From positions 3,536,001 through 3,600,000 of the forward strand of contig CM097885.1 of the NCBI GenBank assembly GCA_044892525.1: a DNA stretch of 64,000 nucleotides. Reading direction: 5' to 3'. Below are positions 1 to 11,270 of this stretch, one piece after another; the stretch's first letter is position 1, and the number at the start of each line of letters is the position of its first letter. Below the pieces are notes generated by a model. That model saw only the letters and a program-made list of their open reading frames with translations. It was not told where the DNA came from and made no database searches. Source of the DNA: Schmidtea polychroa (lineage: Eukaryota). The position numbers and the translations under genes were made by a program.

Positions 1-40
1 AAAATGTTAGAAGAGATTCTTAATATTTTAACATTTTAAA

Positions 41-1381
41 ATGTCTCTCTATTGGAGATGTGAAAGTTGTAATTGTCAAGTTACAAGACATCATAAAGCA
101 AGTCATCTAAAAACTAAAAAACATATAGGAGGCGATCTACAATCTTCAAAAGTGACATCTTCAATATTAAAACCTTTTACTAATGAAAAATATCCAGGTG
201 AAAGACATTTATTTAAACACAACTATACCGGACCAGGAACAAGATTAGATATTAGATTAGATGAAAATAATAATCCTAAACAAGGAGAAGAACCAATAAA
301 TAGAATTGATCAAGCAGCTTTAAAACATGATATTGTTTACAATTCAACAAATCTTAGAGATAGACATGTTGCAGATGTGAATTTAATACATGATTTAAAT
401 AATATACAAAATCCATCAACTCAAGAAAAGATTCAAAGAGCTCTAGTTAAATTAGCAATGAAAGGTAAGATTTTTATAGGTGCAGGACTTACTAGGAAAG
501 CAAAAGATGTTGCTAATAAAAAGATCCTCGAACAAGCAGACGCTGAAAGATCCCTCGAGAATATATCCAAGACTAGTTTACAAACCCCAACAGAATCACA
601 AATAAAATATGCCAACGAATTACACCATGAATTTAGAAAAAATAAAAAATATTTAAAAGTTCAAGTACATGAAAAAGATCAAACATGGTCTGCAGATTTA
701 GTCTTTATGCCAACCAAATCATCAGACCCTGAAAAATATAAAATAATTTTAACAGTAATAGATTTATATACAAGATTTGCTTTTGCAAGGTGTTTAGAAA
801 ATAAAACAGGATATTCTATTACAGAAGCATTTGAAAATATATTTGAACAACATCAAAGAATTCCAAAATATTTATGGTGTGATAAAGGAACAGAATTTTA
901 TAACAAAGTTTTTACAAAGTTTTTAAATGAAAATGATATTAAATTATATTCAACAGAAAACGAAGGAAAAGCAGTTGTGGTTGAAAGATTAAATAGAACA
1001 TTAAAAAATAAAATGTGGAAATATTTTACGGCTATTGGAAAACAAAAATGGAACAATGAATTGTTACAAAAGATTGTAAATGAATATAATAATGATGTAC
1101 ATAGTTCTATAAAATCAACACCTTTAAATGCTTCCATAAATCCTGAAACCATTAAAGTGGTAAATATTGAAAATGATGTTATTGAAAAACCAAAGTTTAA
1201 AATTGGTGACCGAGTAAGAATATTTAAATATAAACATAAATTTGAAAAAGGATTCACAGCAAAATGGACAAATGAAATTTTTATTATAAATAAAATAAAT
1301 TATACAACTCCAATAACATATAGCATCATTGATTTAAATAATGAAAAAATATTAGGTAGATTTTATAAAACAGATTTCTGA
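41..1381 (+). CDS. Retroviral-type (rve) DDE integrase with N-terminal C2H2 finger and parvovirus-like phospholipase A2 domain
   Basis: N-terminal CESC...H.....H. PLA2 motif NYTGPG...DQAALKHDIVY...D. Integrase core WSADLV / IDLYTR / CDKGTEF / VERLNRTLK. C-terminal FKIGDRVRI...FEKGFTAKWT typical of Polinton integrases. Confidence 0.92.
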   Translation: MSLYWRCESCNCQVTRHHKASHLKTKKHIGGDLQSSKVTSSILKPFTNEKYPGERHLFKHNYTGPGTRLDIRLDENNNPKQGEEPINRIDQAALKHDIVYNSTNLRDRHVADVNLIHDLNNIQNPSTQEKIQRALVKLAMKGKIFIGAGLTRKAKDVANKKILEQADAERSLENISKTSLQTPTESQIKYANELHHEFRKNKKYLKVQVHEKDQTWSADLVFMPTKSSDPEKYKIILTVIDLYTRFAFARCLENKTGYSITEAFENIFEQHQRIPKYLWCDKGTEFYNKVFTKFLNENDIKLYSTENEGKAVVVERLNRTLKNKMWKYFTAIGKQKWNNELLQKIVNEYNNDVHSSIKSTPLNASINPETIKVVNIENDVIEKPKFKIGDRVRIFKYKHKFEKGFTAKWTNEIFIINKINYTTPITYSIIDLNNEKILGRFYKTDF

Positions 1382-2200
1382 ACTATAGAAAACAAGTTAA
1401 AACAAACTTTTCCATATTTCAGCTTCTTCTCTATCCAAATAAATATAATTATATTTTTCTTTCCAATGATTATCAACAAACATATCAAACATATTCTTAT
1501 CAGGTTCAACATTTGAAAATAAATCATATTCTTATCACGGCGATCTAATTTAAAAAATATAAAACAATTAGAATTATTTCTTATAGAGGTTTTATCTAAA
1601 GCATAATAAGTTTGAGATATATAAATAACATTACAATTATTATGTCTTCCTCTTGTAAAGTAACTCTTTTGAATCTCTTGATTTTTCATGTTAACAACAT
1701 CATCAAATATAACTAGATTCTTTTTATCTTTAGGAAGTAAATCACAATGTAAAACATCTTCAGGTTTATTAGAGAATAAAACTTGAATCGCCTCTGCCTG
1801 CCCCTCATCTTCACAGATGTAATCAATTTTATTACTAATATCTGATTCTAAAATCTTTTCCTTATACCAATCAACCATATCACAAGGTTGAAAAACTTCT
1901 TCAGGACATCTATGTTGATTTTTAAAAATATCAATTATAGCTTTTTTAGTTAATTTATTTTCAAATCCACATTTCAAAAGTTGTAATTCTGGTTGATTTA
2001 ATGGTTGTAGAATAAAAGATTAAATTATTATAATCTAAAAAACCATCTTCAAGTAACATTTTCAAAACAAGTACATTCTTTCCACATCCAGAAGAACCAA
2101 CAATTAATAATCTAAAATTATCAGGAAATACTTTATTATTAAATTTAGATTTATGTCTATTTAAAATTGGTTTCCAAATTATTGGACTTCGTACATCCAT
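1363..2200 (-). pseudogene. A32/FtsK-like packaging ATPase, frameshifted
   Basis: Walker A IVGSSGCGKN (ORF 1961-2239, likely ATG 2200); Walker B LVIFDD and RGRH motif (ORF 1363-1977). Split across frames near 1990 and about 1520. Confidence 0.88.
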
Positions 2201-2215
2201 TTTATTTGTTATAAA

Positions 2216-2812
2216 ATGACAACTGAAGAATCTTTGCAAGAATTAATAAATTCAAATAAAAATAAATCAGTAGTAATTGATGGTAAAAAATATTTTATTG
2301 GAAAACATGTAAAAGAACAAGTTAGAGCGAAGCTGAAGGGCTCTTCGACTAAAGAAGGCGGCATTCTTCCATTAGCTGCTTTAATACCTGCAATCATTGC
2401 TGGTTTATCAGGTGCTGCTGGAATAGCTGGAGGAATTGCAACTACAGTTCAAAAAGCTAAAGAATCTCAAAAGACAGACCTAGGAAAAGAAAAACTACAA
2501 ACTGAAATCGATTCAATGAAGAAGGTAGGGCAAGCTAAGGGAAAAGTCCTCTATCTTAATCCATATGAGGGGACTCTGTCTGAAGGTCAAAAGTCTCAGG
2601 GGACTCTGTCCAAGGGAAAGGGTCTCTATCTTGATCCTTATAAAGGTAGAGGTTTAAATGATATTTTAAAAAATCAAATTTCTACATCTGAATCTTTATC
2701 TTCAAAAGATAAAGAAGATTTAAAAAAAATATGTAAATCTTTAAAGAATGGATGCCTTTGTAAAACTAAAAATGGTAAAGGTTTATACTTGAAGCCCTTC
2801 GAACCCCATTGA
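2216..2812 (+). CDS. Basic virion core/membrane-active precursor-like protein of the Polinton
   Basis: GG-ILPLAALIPAIIAGLSGAAGIAGGIA hydrophobic/amphipathic segment and repeated GKGLYL-type motifs, consistent with protease-processed core proteins. Confidence 0.6.
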   Translation: MTTEESLQELINSNKNKSVVIDGKKYFIGKHVKEQVRAKLKGSSTKEGGILPLAALIPAIIAGLSGAAGIAGGIATTVQKAKESQKTDLGKEKLQTEIDSMKKVGQAKGKVLYLNPYEGTLSEGQKSQGTLSKGKGLYLDPYKGRGLNDILKNQISTSESLSSKDKEDLKKICKSLKNGCLCKTKNGKGLYLKPFEPH

Positions 2813-3062
2813 TACCATTTTTAATACCATAAAAATGGTATATGAAGAAAGATTAGCACTTTTAAAAAAATTATAATCTGAACAAGATAAATATAATAAA
2901 AAAGATACAACTCAACATGCTGAATCTATAATATTAAATGAGGTAATAACACAACAACAGGGGCCAACAATTAAAACTATAGAGGGACTTAAAACTATAG
3001 AAGCTCCTCTAACCCCTGAACTTAAAGCTATAGAACCTTCTAAAAAGGAATTATCCAGATTA

Positions 3063-3680
3063 ATGGGATTAAGAAAACGTAGAAATACTATTGATTTAGA
3101 AGAAGATGAATTTCTTTCAAGATTAACACCTCTTAAGACTCCAGTTAATTTTAAAATTAATACATCACTAGCTAAATCAATTATACCTACTATAGGTTAT
3201 GATCCTAGAGGTTTTCAAACAATAACAATTAATAATCAAAAATTTTATATATATTTAAATTCAAAAAATAATCCAGCGATTATTTCAACAAATACTTTTA
3301 TGAATAGAGAGCGTGTAGACATTGAACTTTCAGATGGTTTTCATGGATTAATTTCTGGATATCTTCCAGATGATGTTAAGAAAGAAGAAATTGATAAATA
3401 TTTAAACTTAATAAAATTAATACATGGTAGTTCTAAAGCAAAACATATTCAAGATTTGAAGAATTATTTAAATAAAAATGAAAGGGGTTATGTTGTTACA
3501 GAGGGTAAGGGGATGCCTGTGGCTGCAAACCCAATCAATCTTTTTATTGAATTAAGAAAACTATTAGCAGCTAAAAAAGCAGGACATAATAATTTAGATT
3601 CTGATATTTTAAAGATTTCTAAAGATTTGTTAAAACAAGGAATAATTTCAAAAGATAAATTTAATAAGTATATAAAATGA
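3063..3680 (+). CDS. Polinton hypothetical protein (probably began near ATG 2835 before a lesion)
   Basis: 205-aa ORF with a C-terminal LAAKKAGHNN...LLKQGIISK segment; its stop overlaps the next start (ATGA at 3677-3680). Confidence 0.6.
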   Translation: MGLRKRRNTIDLEEDEFLSRLTPLKTPVNFKINTSLAKSIIPTIGYDPRGFQTITINNQKFYIYLNSKNNPAIISTNTFMNRERVDIELSDGFHGLISGYLPDDVKKEEIDKYLNLIKLIHGSSKAKHIQDLKNYLNKNERGYVVTEGKGMPVAANPINLFIELRKLLAAKKAGHNNLDSDILKISKDLLKQGIISKDKFNKYIK

Positions 3681-4162
3681 CTCCTTCAATATTCGATTTT
3701 TTAAAAACATTTGGAATAAATGCAAAAACAAATTTTGATTTAGAAGATTATGCAGATTATTTAAATTTAAAAATAAAAATATTAATGAATAAGGAATTGA
3801 AAGGTCCGAAGGTCAAAGGTCAAAGGGTCACTCCAAAGAATATAATAATCAATTATCAAAATTCAAATGAAAAAGGATCTCATTGGGTTTGTATATATAT
3901 GAACGAAGTCCTAATCTACTTTGATTCTTTTGGGATTAAACCCACTAAAGAAGTTGAAGACTATCTGTCCGGAGTAAGCTCGAAGAGAGACTATACTTTT
4001 AATTCTTTACAAGTTCAACCTAATAATACTAAAATATGTGGTATTTTAAGCTTATATGTTTTGTATAGATTGAATAAATCTCAAGGGACTCTGTCCAAAG
4101 GGGACTACTGTTTCACTTCCTTAATCCAAGAAATTTATAATGATTTAAAATCTCTACTATAA
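3677..4162 (+). CDS. Adenain-like cysteine protease
   Basis: GSHWVC (His), YFDSFG (Asp), QVQ......CG (Gln/Cys) catalytic motifs. Confidence 0.92.
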   Translation: MTPSIFDFLKTFGINAKTNFDLEDYADYLNLKIKILMNKELKGPKVKGQRVTPKNIIINYQNSNEKGSHWVCIYMNEVLIYFDSFGIKPTKEVEDYLSGVSSKRDYTFNSLQVQPNNTKICGILSLYVLYRLNKSQGTLSKGDYCFTSLIQEIYNDLKSLL

Positions 4163-4165
4163 GAA

Positions 4166-4903
4166 ATGGAAGATAATTTTAAAAAAATGGTAAACATAAT
4201 GTCAGATAAATATTCAAGAACTTTATCTATAAATTCAAAAGAATCAGACTTTACTATAAATTTTGAAGATTCAATAAAATTAGATCAAAATTTAAATTAT
4301 GAATTAGGTCTATTATGGTTTTGTGCTTATAATACTATTTTTAATGTAACTAAAGATATTAACACATTTAGTTATGTAAGCCCCCCAAAAACGGAGTATA
4401 TTATAATAATAATAGAACCCGGGGCTTATGAGATAAAAGATTTAAATGATATACTTTCTAAAAAAACAAATGGAGCTATTGAAATTAAAATAGATTTACC
4501 AACTTCAAAATGTATAATGACTTTAAAGAATATAGGACTTAGGTTTCAAAATAATAGTTTCTTTAGAACAATTTTAGGATTTACACAAAACCATTATACC
4601 ACACCTGAAGTTACATCAGAAAATATTATAAAAATAATAAATACAAATACAATAAATATTCATTGCGATTGTATAACAGGTTCTTATAATAATGGTAAAC
4701 AAAGTAATATTTTATATTCCTTTCCCTCAAACACAGTTCCTATGGGATATAAAATAGTTGAAAGAATGAATCCTCCAAATTATTTACCTTTATGTAGAAA
4801 ATATATAATGGATATTAATTTTAAAATTCTTAATCAAGAAGGAGAATTGATTGATTTTAATGGAGAAGAGATTTCAATGTATTTACATTTGAAACAGGTT
4901 TGA
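4166..4903 (+). CDS. Minor capsid (penton-like) protein
   Basis: 245-aa beta-rich ORF with IEPGAYEI, ILGF, INIHCDCI, ILYSFP, YLPL and G..IDFNGE motifs typical of Polinton minor capsid proteins; lies directly after the protease. Confidence 0.8.
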   Translation: MEDNFKKMVNIMSDKYSRTLSINSKESDFTINFEDSIKLDQNLNYELGLLWFCAYNTIFNVTKDINTFSYVSPPKTEYIIIIIEPGAYEIKDLNDILSKKTNGAIEIKIDLPTSKCIMTLKNIGLRFQNNSFFRTILGFTQNHYTTPEVTSENIIKIINTNTINIHCDCITGSYNNGKQSNILYSFPSNTVPMGYKIVERMNPPNYLPLCRKYIMDINFKILNQEGELIDFNGEEISMYLHLKQV

Positions 4904-4927
4904 AGATTCATTTTAAATTATTAATAA

Positions 4928-5320
4928 ATGAGTTCTTATATTCCTTGTAATAGAGGTGGTGGAACTATAAAAACAGGGTTTAATACAGAAGAAATATTAA
5001 CTTTAACAGAAAATAAATATATTAATGAAAGAGGTGATTCAATGAAGGGTGATTTAATTTTAAATGGACACAAGATAAAAGATTTATCTTTACCAATTGA
5101 TGAAGGTGATGCTGCTAATAAAAATTATACTGATTTAACAACAACAAGAATTGAAAGTTCATTAACAACAAAAATTGATTCAATGGAATCAAAGCTTAAT
5201 AATATCGAACAACGATTTAATGATAAATTTGACAAGTTACAAAGTCTGTTAACTGAACAAGTTGTAAAGTTAAATACTGCTATATTAAATTCTAAAGATA
5301 AACAAATTATGAATACTTAA
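4928..5320 (+). CDS. Fibre-like repeat plus coiled-coil protein
   Basis: GDSMKGDLILNGHKIKDLSLPIDEGDAANKNYTD resembles a tail-fibre/adhesin stalk-type repeat, followed by heptads. Confidence 0.55.
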   Translation: MSSYIPCNRGGGTIKTGFNTEEILTLTENKYINERGDSMKGDLILNGHKIKDLSLPIDEGDAANKNYTDLTTTRIESSLTTKIDSMESKLNNIEQRFNDKFDKLQSLLTEQVVKLNTAILNSKDKQIMNT

Positions 5321-5350
5321 TTTAATACAATATATAATATAATAAATGAG

Positions 5351-5905
5351 ATGATTACATCATTTAATAAAAGACTTTCAAATTTAGAGTCTCATGGAAC
5401 ACACATTAACACCACACATAGTATTAGAAAAAGAGCTGCTGAATTAGAACAGAATAGAACATTATTACCCCATACATATAAACATTTTATAGAACCAACT
5501 TTAATAACAACAAATAGTAAAGAATGGAGTGTTTTTATGGTTGTAAAGATTATTGATCCTTATTTCTTTTTATTTGATGATGATAATGAAAGAATGAAAT
5601 GGTTTGTGAAATGTGATTATAATAGTAAGTTTGAAAAGGGTGATGTTATAATAAGTGGTTATGATTTAACACATGGATATTGGCATGATAAAACTGATTC
5701 ACATAAAACACATAAAGTTAAAAGTAAGAATATTATTTTTAAAAGCACATATGTACAATATATAGATTTAATATTTTATGAAAAAAAGGTTGATGTTGAT
5801 GAAGTTCGTAAAGCATTGATGGAATTGTATAAAGACATTCTCTCAACAAGAGTCTCTTATGATATCCGAGTATTGGTACCAGATAATAAAATCTTATTTT
5901 TTTAA
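5351..5905 (+). CDS. Polinton hypothetical protein
   Basis: 184-aa ORF tightly packed between neighbours; no motif recognised. Confidence 0.5.
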   Translation: MITSFNKRLSNLESHGTHINTTHSIRKRAAELEQNRTLLPHTYKHFIEPTLITTNSKEWSVFMVVKIIDPYFFLFDDDNERMKWFVKCDYNSKFEKGDVIISGYDLTHGYWHDKTDSHKTHKVKSKNIIFKSTYVQYIDLIFYEKKVDVDEVRKALMELYKDILSTRVSYDIRVLVPDNKILFF

Positions 5906-5913
5906 TTATTAAA

Positions 5914-6513
5914 ATGGAAGAAGTAAGAGAAGAAAATGTTTACCCAGAATTGTCATCAGGATATTATTCCCCCAAACCTTCGGGACCTTCAGCTCCCACA
6001 GAACTTGAAATTATGAGAGTAAAAGAATTTAAATCAGAAACATTACATTTACAAGATTTATTAAAGCATTATAAAAAAATTAAAAATAGATGGAATAAAG
6101 GGAATACAGTTTTAAAAGTTATAGGTTATTCTTTAGGATTTGCATCTGCAATATTAACAGTTATTTTACCTATAACTTTACCAGTTTTAACACTTGCGCC
6201 AGTAATACTTGGAAGTATTTCTGTAGCTGATGGTTTCTTAACTGAAATAGTTTCATTATCTTATACTTCAAAAAAGAAAAGTTTATATCGTGAAGTTTGT
6301 TTGTCAATAGAATTAGGAATCTCTAAATTATTTTTATTTCAATTAAAAGCTTTGGAAGATGGAATCTTAACTGATGATGAAATAATGAAATCAAATCAAA
6401 TAATACAAGATATTAAAAATAATATTAATAGATTAAAAAGTGCTAATGTTATAACTAATGAATATTCTAAAAAAATTAAACGGGAGAAATGGTTAAAGAA
6501 TTCTTATTTATAA
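5914..6513 (+). CDS. Polinton membrane protein
   Basis: 199 aa with a central hydrophobic stretch VIGYSLGFASAILTVILPITLPVLTLAPVILGSISV and an N-terminal YPEL/PSAP. Confidence 0.6.
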   Translation: MEEVREENVYPELSSGYYSPKPSGPSAPTELEIMRVKEFKSETLHLQDLLKHYKKIKNRWNKGNTVLKVIGYSLGFASAILTVILPITLPVLTLAPVILGSISVADGFLTEIVSLSYTSKKKSLYREVCLSIELGISKLFLFQLKALEDGILTDDEIMKSNQIIQDIKNNINRLKSANVITNEYSKKIKREKWLKNSYL

Positions 6514-6653
6514 AATGGGTGTATTTTTAAAAAAGTAGATCAGGTTGCTATAGTTGCTTAAATTAATTGTCGACATTTTATTATTAAAAAATTAAATATC
6601 GTTGAAAGCCAACCTTTGAATCATTAATTTATGATCTTTAAATTCTTTATCAC

Positions 6654-9600
6654 TTAGACCTTTATATATTCAGGATCAGTATTAAAATATTTAAGTTCTA
6701 AACATATAGGATTAAAAACTTGAGAATATAAAGGCTTCTCGATTTCTCTCTCGGGATAAATGATTTCAACATTATAAATATCAAGATCAGTAATTTTTGT
6801 ATCATATAACTTATTCAACTTTTCTAGATTTTTTATTATAGGGATTAAATTATTTCCAATAGGTAGAGTTGTCTTTAAATCACTTAGGATGAATCTCTTA
6901 TCATCATAATTTGATAATGATACTTTTTGAGATTCTATCAAGTGAATATCATGGTTTTCGCTTTTAATCTGATGCACTTCATCAATTTTATCTTTATGAT
7001 TTGGATTCAATGTATCTATATAATCTTGATGAGAAAGATTCTTTGCAACGGATTTCTGTATTCCTTTACATCTGTTATCCTTTACAGGTTTTTCTTCTTG
7101 TCCCTCTGGTCCTTTAGGGAATATAGGATATTTAAATGAAATAATTTCCTCTTTTTCTGGGGTTTTAAATATAATTTCTCGGGTTATAAATTCAGGGTTT
7201 TTAAATGTTTCGTATGAATATTGTTTAGCACGAATAAATATTCCATTTTCTATAGGAGTAAAAGGTTTTTCATCTTTAAATGAAAATAATTCTCCAGTTG
7301 AATTTATTAAATTTGAAAGTATAGGATTTTCAGCTATATCTCTTTGTAAATCATGAGTTCTTATTGCTAAAAACATTGAATCTGTATCCATTGCATGCAT
7401 TGATATATTTGCTCCGTATATAGGTTGTAAGATGTTATAATATGTTTCATACATTTGTAATTTTGAAAGTTCTAAAATTGAAAACCCTATAAATATTGGT
7501 TTGTTGTATGTTTTCTCAAAACTCTTTAGTTCTATTGCAGTAAGACTTTCAGAAAATACTTGTGCGTTTTTAAATGTAGGCTTTCCTAGCATACGATTAT
7601 AACGCTTAATATCTTTGGCAGTATTAGTTAGGAGTTCAATATGAGTATATTTATCAACATTCTCCATTGTCTTCCCAAAGACTGAATTGTTTAAAAGTTT
7701 ATAATTATTATCTTTAAAAAGGTTACCTTCTCTTTTTGCAATGTTTCGACATCTAATGTTCTCCTCGATAAAAGCTTTCATGAATGGCCTCTGTTTAAAT
7801 CTTATGACACTATGAACTTTTTTTAATATCATACCTCGTGAAAGATAAAATTGGAGGAGTCTATAGTGACAAAGATAAAACCTTCGATCTGTTTGATCAC
7901 AAAGAAGTTTCATTGTTGGGGGTTTATCTTGTGAGATTTGCCATTCAGAAAGTTCGTTGATATCAATCTTTCTTCTTACAGGAGCTAATGGGAAATATCT
8001 TGTTCCTGATTTTATATCATCTGGATATAATAAGTCACATTCTACAAAGTAACCTATTGGAGAATCTTTAGGTGTTGAAAGTATTTCTTTTATAAGTTCT
8101 TTTGATGATTCTATTTCAATGAAATCACCCATTGGTAAATATTGAGTCATAATTCCTGAATATAAAGCTGTTGCATCTATATAAAGTATAAATATAGGAT
8201 TTTTCATTGTTTCTAATATTTCTTTTAATTCCTCATTGTTAATTTTTATATATGGATCAGAGGTCTTTGAAAGCATTCTGCTAGTAGTTATTGCATTTCT
8301 AGCTTTTATTTCTCTATTCCCCATTACTGAAGAGACTCCTCCTCTAATGTTTGTTTTAATTAGATTAAACATATCGAGGTTAGTTAAAAGATCTATAATT
8401 TTATCAGCTTCTTCTATATTTGAAGTCCAAATGGTATATAATAAAGTATCCCAAGCTAAAGAGGGTGCTGTTATATAATTGTAAGGTTTAAGAACAAAAG
8501 ATTTTGTAAATTCTTCAAAGCAATCTGCTAGAATATAAACATCCAAGGATAAATACATACTTGTATATTCTCCTAAAATTTTACACTTGAATAATTCCCA
8601 CATTTTATTTGCTCGAGAATATTCTTGATTTGTAATATGATTTTTTTGAAGTTGTGAATAGAAATCTTCTTGGCTAGGAAGACTTGTTTCATTATATCTT
8701 TCAAACGAGTCAACATAGTCATAAGGATATATTCCTTTTGCTAAACATGTAGGATATTCTTATAGAGGAATATTATTTTTTTCCAAGAATTCTCGAGTGA
8801 TTTTAAAATCTTCTGGTTTCATTGTTTTTGCTACTGCATCTAGAGACATTTGAAGAAAGTTTAACGAGTCTATAAATTTTAATTTTCCATATTCAACTGA
8901 TTTATATTTTTTCTTTGTAAGTCCTATAACTTTGAAAGAGTTTTTAGCATTTGCTGCTAATTGTTTAATAAATAGATGTATGTCATAACCAAAAAGATTA
9001 TGAAATATAACAGGTACAAATTTAGGAGTATGACAATTAAGATTACAATTTTTATGAGCTGCTCCTCGATAATTATTTTCCTTTTTTAAATGATCATGAT
9101 CGAGGACTTTTATATTCGGAGACTCTTCAAATGGTTGTTTACACATCCAACAGTTGGAAGTGTTTTCATATTCTTGTTGTTGTTGATTAGAAATATTTTG
9201 AGGATAGTTTGTTTTTAATACTTTAAATATTTCATGTTCTAGATCATTTAAACTTTTAGTAAAATGATTCAAGACTTCTGTTTCTGAAATTCCTCGAAAT
9301 GTATATTCTCTAGATTCTATGAGTTCAGGATAATTACTTTTAAATAATAATTTATAAGCAGATGGTAATTGTTTAGTTTCTTTAACACTATTAGGTTTAT
9401 TTCTTTTTCTTAGAAAGGCTTTCATCCTCTCTGGTTTCATCTTCTCTTCTGAGGAGTTCCATGAATCCATGAGTTAATTTTTTTCTATTATTTTTAAATA
9501 TTGGTTAACCAAATCTTGTTTACGATTTATAGATTCAAAGTCTCCATAAACCACTCCTACTGTTTGTAGAAAATTTGAAAAGTTTTTAAAATTCATCTTG

Positions 9601-10907
9601 GGATCTGTAGGCATGTTAATTAAAGCTGGTTCATCTTTTTCACAAAATCTTGTATGTTTAATCATAGAGTTTTTAGTTGTTGAATAATGAAGACATCTTT
9701 TACATGTTCCTCCTCCACTAGTTGGATTCTCTGGGGATGTAAAAGCTTGAAAGTTTTTTATTAAAATATAATGTTGATTATTTTGTTGTTCCAAGATTAA
9801 AAGATATATTTCTCTAGGGTTTTCTTGTACTTCGTTACCATTGGTTCCACTATCAGAAATGTAAATTGGAATAATTTCTCTACTTTTAATATTTTTCCCT
9901 TTAACCCGTTCATAAATATTAATTTTTAGATTATTTAAACTTTCAAATTTTGGAATGTCTTCTAGTTTCATTGGATGTTTGAATCCTTTTGGAAATATTA
10001 ATTCATTTTCATATTGTTTGTATTTTGAAACTCTTTGAGGGTTTGATTCTTGAGGGTGTAGATGTGCAAGTATTGACCAGACGAAACATTTGTTATCATT
10101 ATTCTGTATGTTTATAACATTTTTAGATTTAAAGGGTGTAGGAATATAAGATTTTGGATTAGGTGGTAATCCTCTCCAATAATCAATCACTAAAGTTTGG
10201 AAAGAGTTGAATACTAAGTTTGAATCTCCTAATTCATTTTCAACCTCTTCTTGTTTTGCTTCTACTGCTTGAATTATTTCTTTGATGGTTTTATCAAATC
10301 CTTTAGTTGAAAATAAATATTTAAAGGGTATTCCAATTTCAACATCTAAGGGTGTTGTCTTTTCTTCTGCTCCTCGCCAGTATTTTGCTTTGATTATAAT
10401 TTTATATTTTATAACATTATACCTTGTCGGTTTATAATTTTTTAAAGCTTCAGTGAAAGAATTTTTAATATTTTTTTTATTTTTATTTATATATTCTCCA
10501 GGAGTTATAGGTCCATTGATTTCTAATTGAAATTCATCTACATGATTAAAATCATCCCAGTTATATTTTTCTCTTTCAACATGATCAGGTTCTCCTTCTG
10601 AATGACATTCCTCATCGTCAGAATTTTGTTTTTTATTTTTACATTCTTTTATATGTTCTAAATAATAGAAATTTACTTTTGTTGAAAAGTTACAGTGAGA
10701 ACATGTAAATATTTCTCTATTTTTCCCGATACAATTTTCAAAATGTTTATTATATCCAGAATGTAGAAATTTTCCTTTACATTTAGGACAAACTTTTGAA
10801 TTTGTATCATTAAGATTGTTTTCTTTTTATAAATGAGCTTTCGATTTTAAGTGAGAAATTAATCCAGTTTTATTTTTAAAAACTTTATTACAAATATTAC
10901 AATTCAT
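6654..10907 (-). pseudogene. Protein-primed family B DNA polymerase of the Polinton, intronless, several stops and frameshifts
   Basis: ATG at 10907 opens a zinc finger (MNCNICNKVF...HLKSKAH). Motifs: QNNDNKCFVWSILA, ExoI VYGDFES, DHDH..GAAH..CNL, ExoII FHNLFGYD, FIDSLNFL, PolA YIDATALY, PolB KLLNNSVFGK, PolC DTDS, CKGI. Confidence 0.93.
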
Positions 10908-11006
10908 TTTTAGAAAAAAATTTTTTATTGGATATCCTGTTTTGATTTTTTATGTTTTTATATTTATTTTCATAATGTGACAGTATAAAAAATAACAAAA
11001 ATCCAA

Positions 11007-11094
11007 ACCTAGATAGCGCAGTGGGCTAGACTGGCACAGTGGTTCAAATGGATGGTGGTTCAAATCCTAACTGTGGTTAGTTTTTTTTTTTTTT
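11007..11094 (+). ncRNA. Putative Pol III tRNA-like small RNA cassette inside the Polinton
   Basis: A box TAGCGCAGTGG (11014-11024), B box GGTTCAAATCC (11057-11067), T14 terminator (11081-11094). No clean cloverleaf seen. Confidence 0.55.
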
Positions 11095-11134
11095 AAAAAT
11101 TTGAAAATAATAGTGTGGGTATCTTAGATTTATA

Positions 11135-11270
11135 TTTTATTTTATTTATTTTTATTTTATTTTATTTTATTTTATTTTATTTTATTTATTTTATTTATTT
11201 TATTTATTTTATTTATTTTATTTATTTTATTTATTTTATTTATTTTATTTATTTTATTAATTATTTTATT
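11135..11270. repeat. (TTTTA)n / (TTTATTTTA)n simple repeat in the Polinton subterminal region
   Basis: Directly visible. Confidence 0.9.

Noticed and set aside
11007..11080. Canonical tRNA gene
   Set aside because: Acceptor, anticodon and T stems do not pair convincingly; kept only as a Pol III-like cassette.
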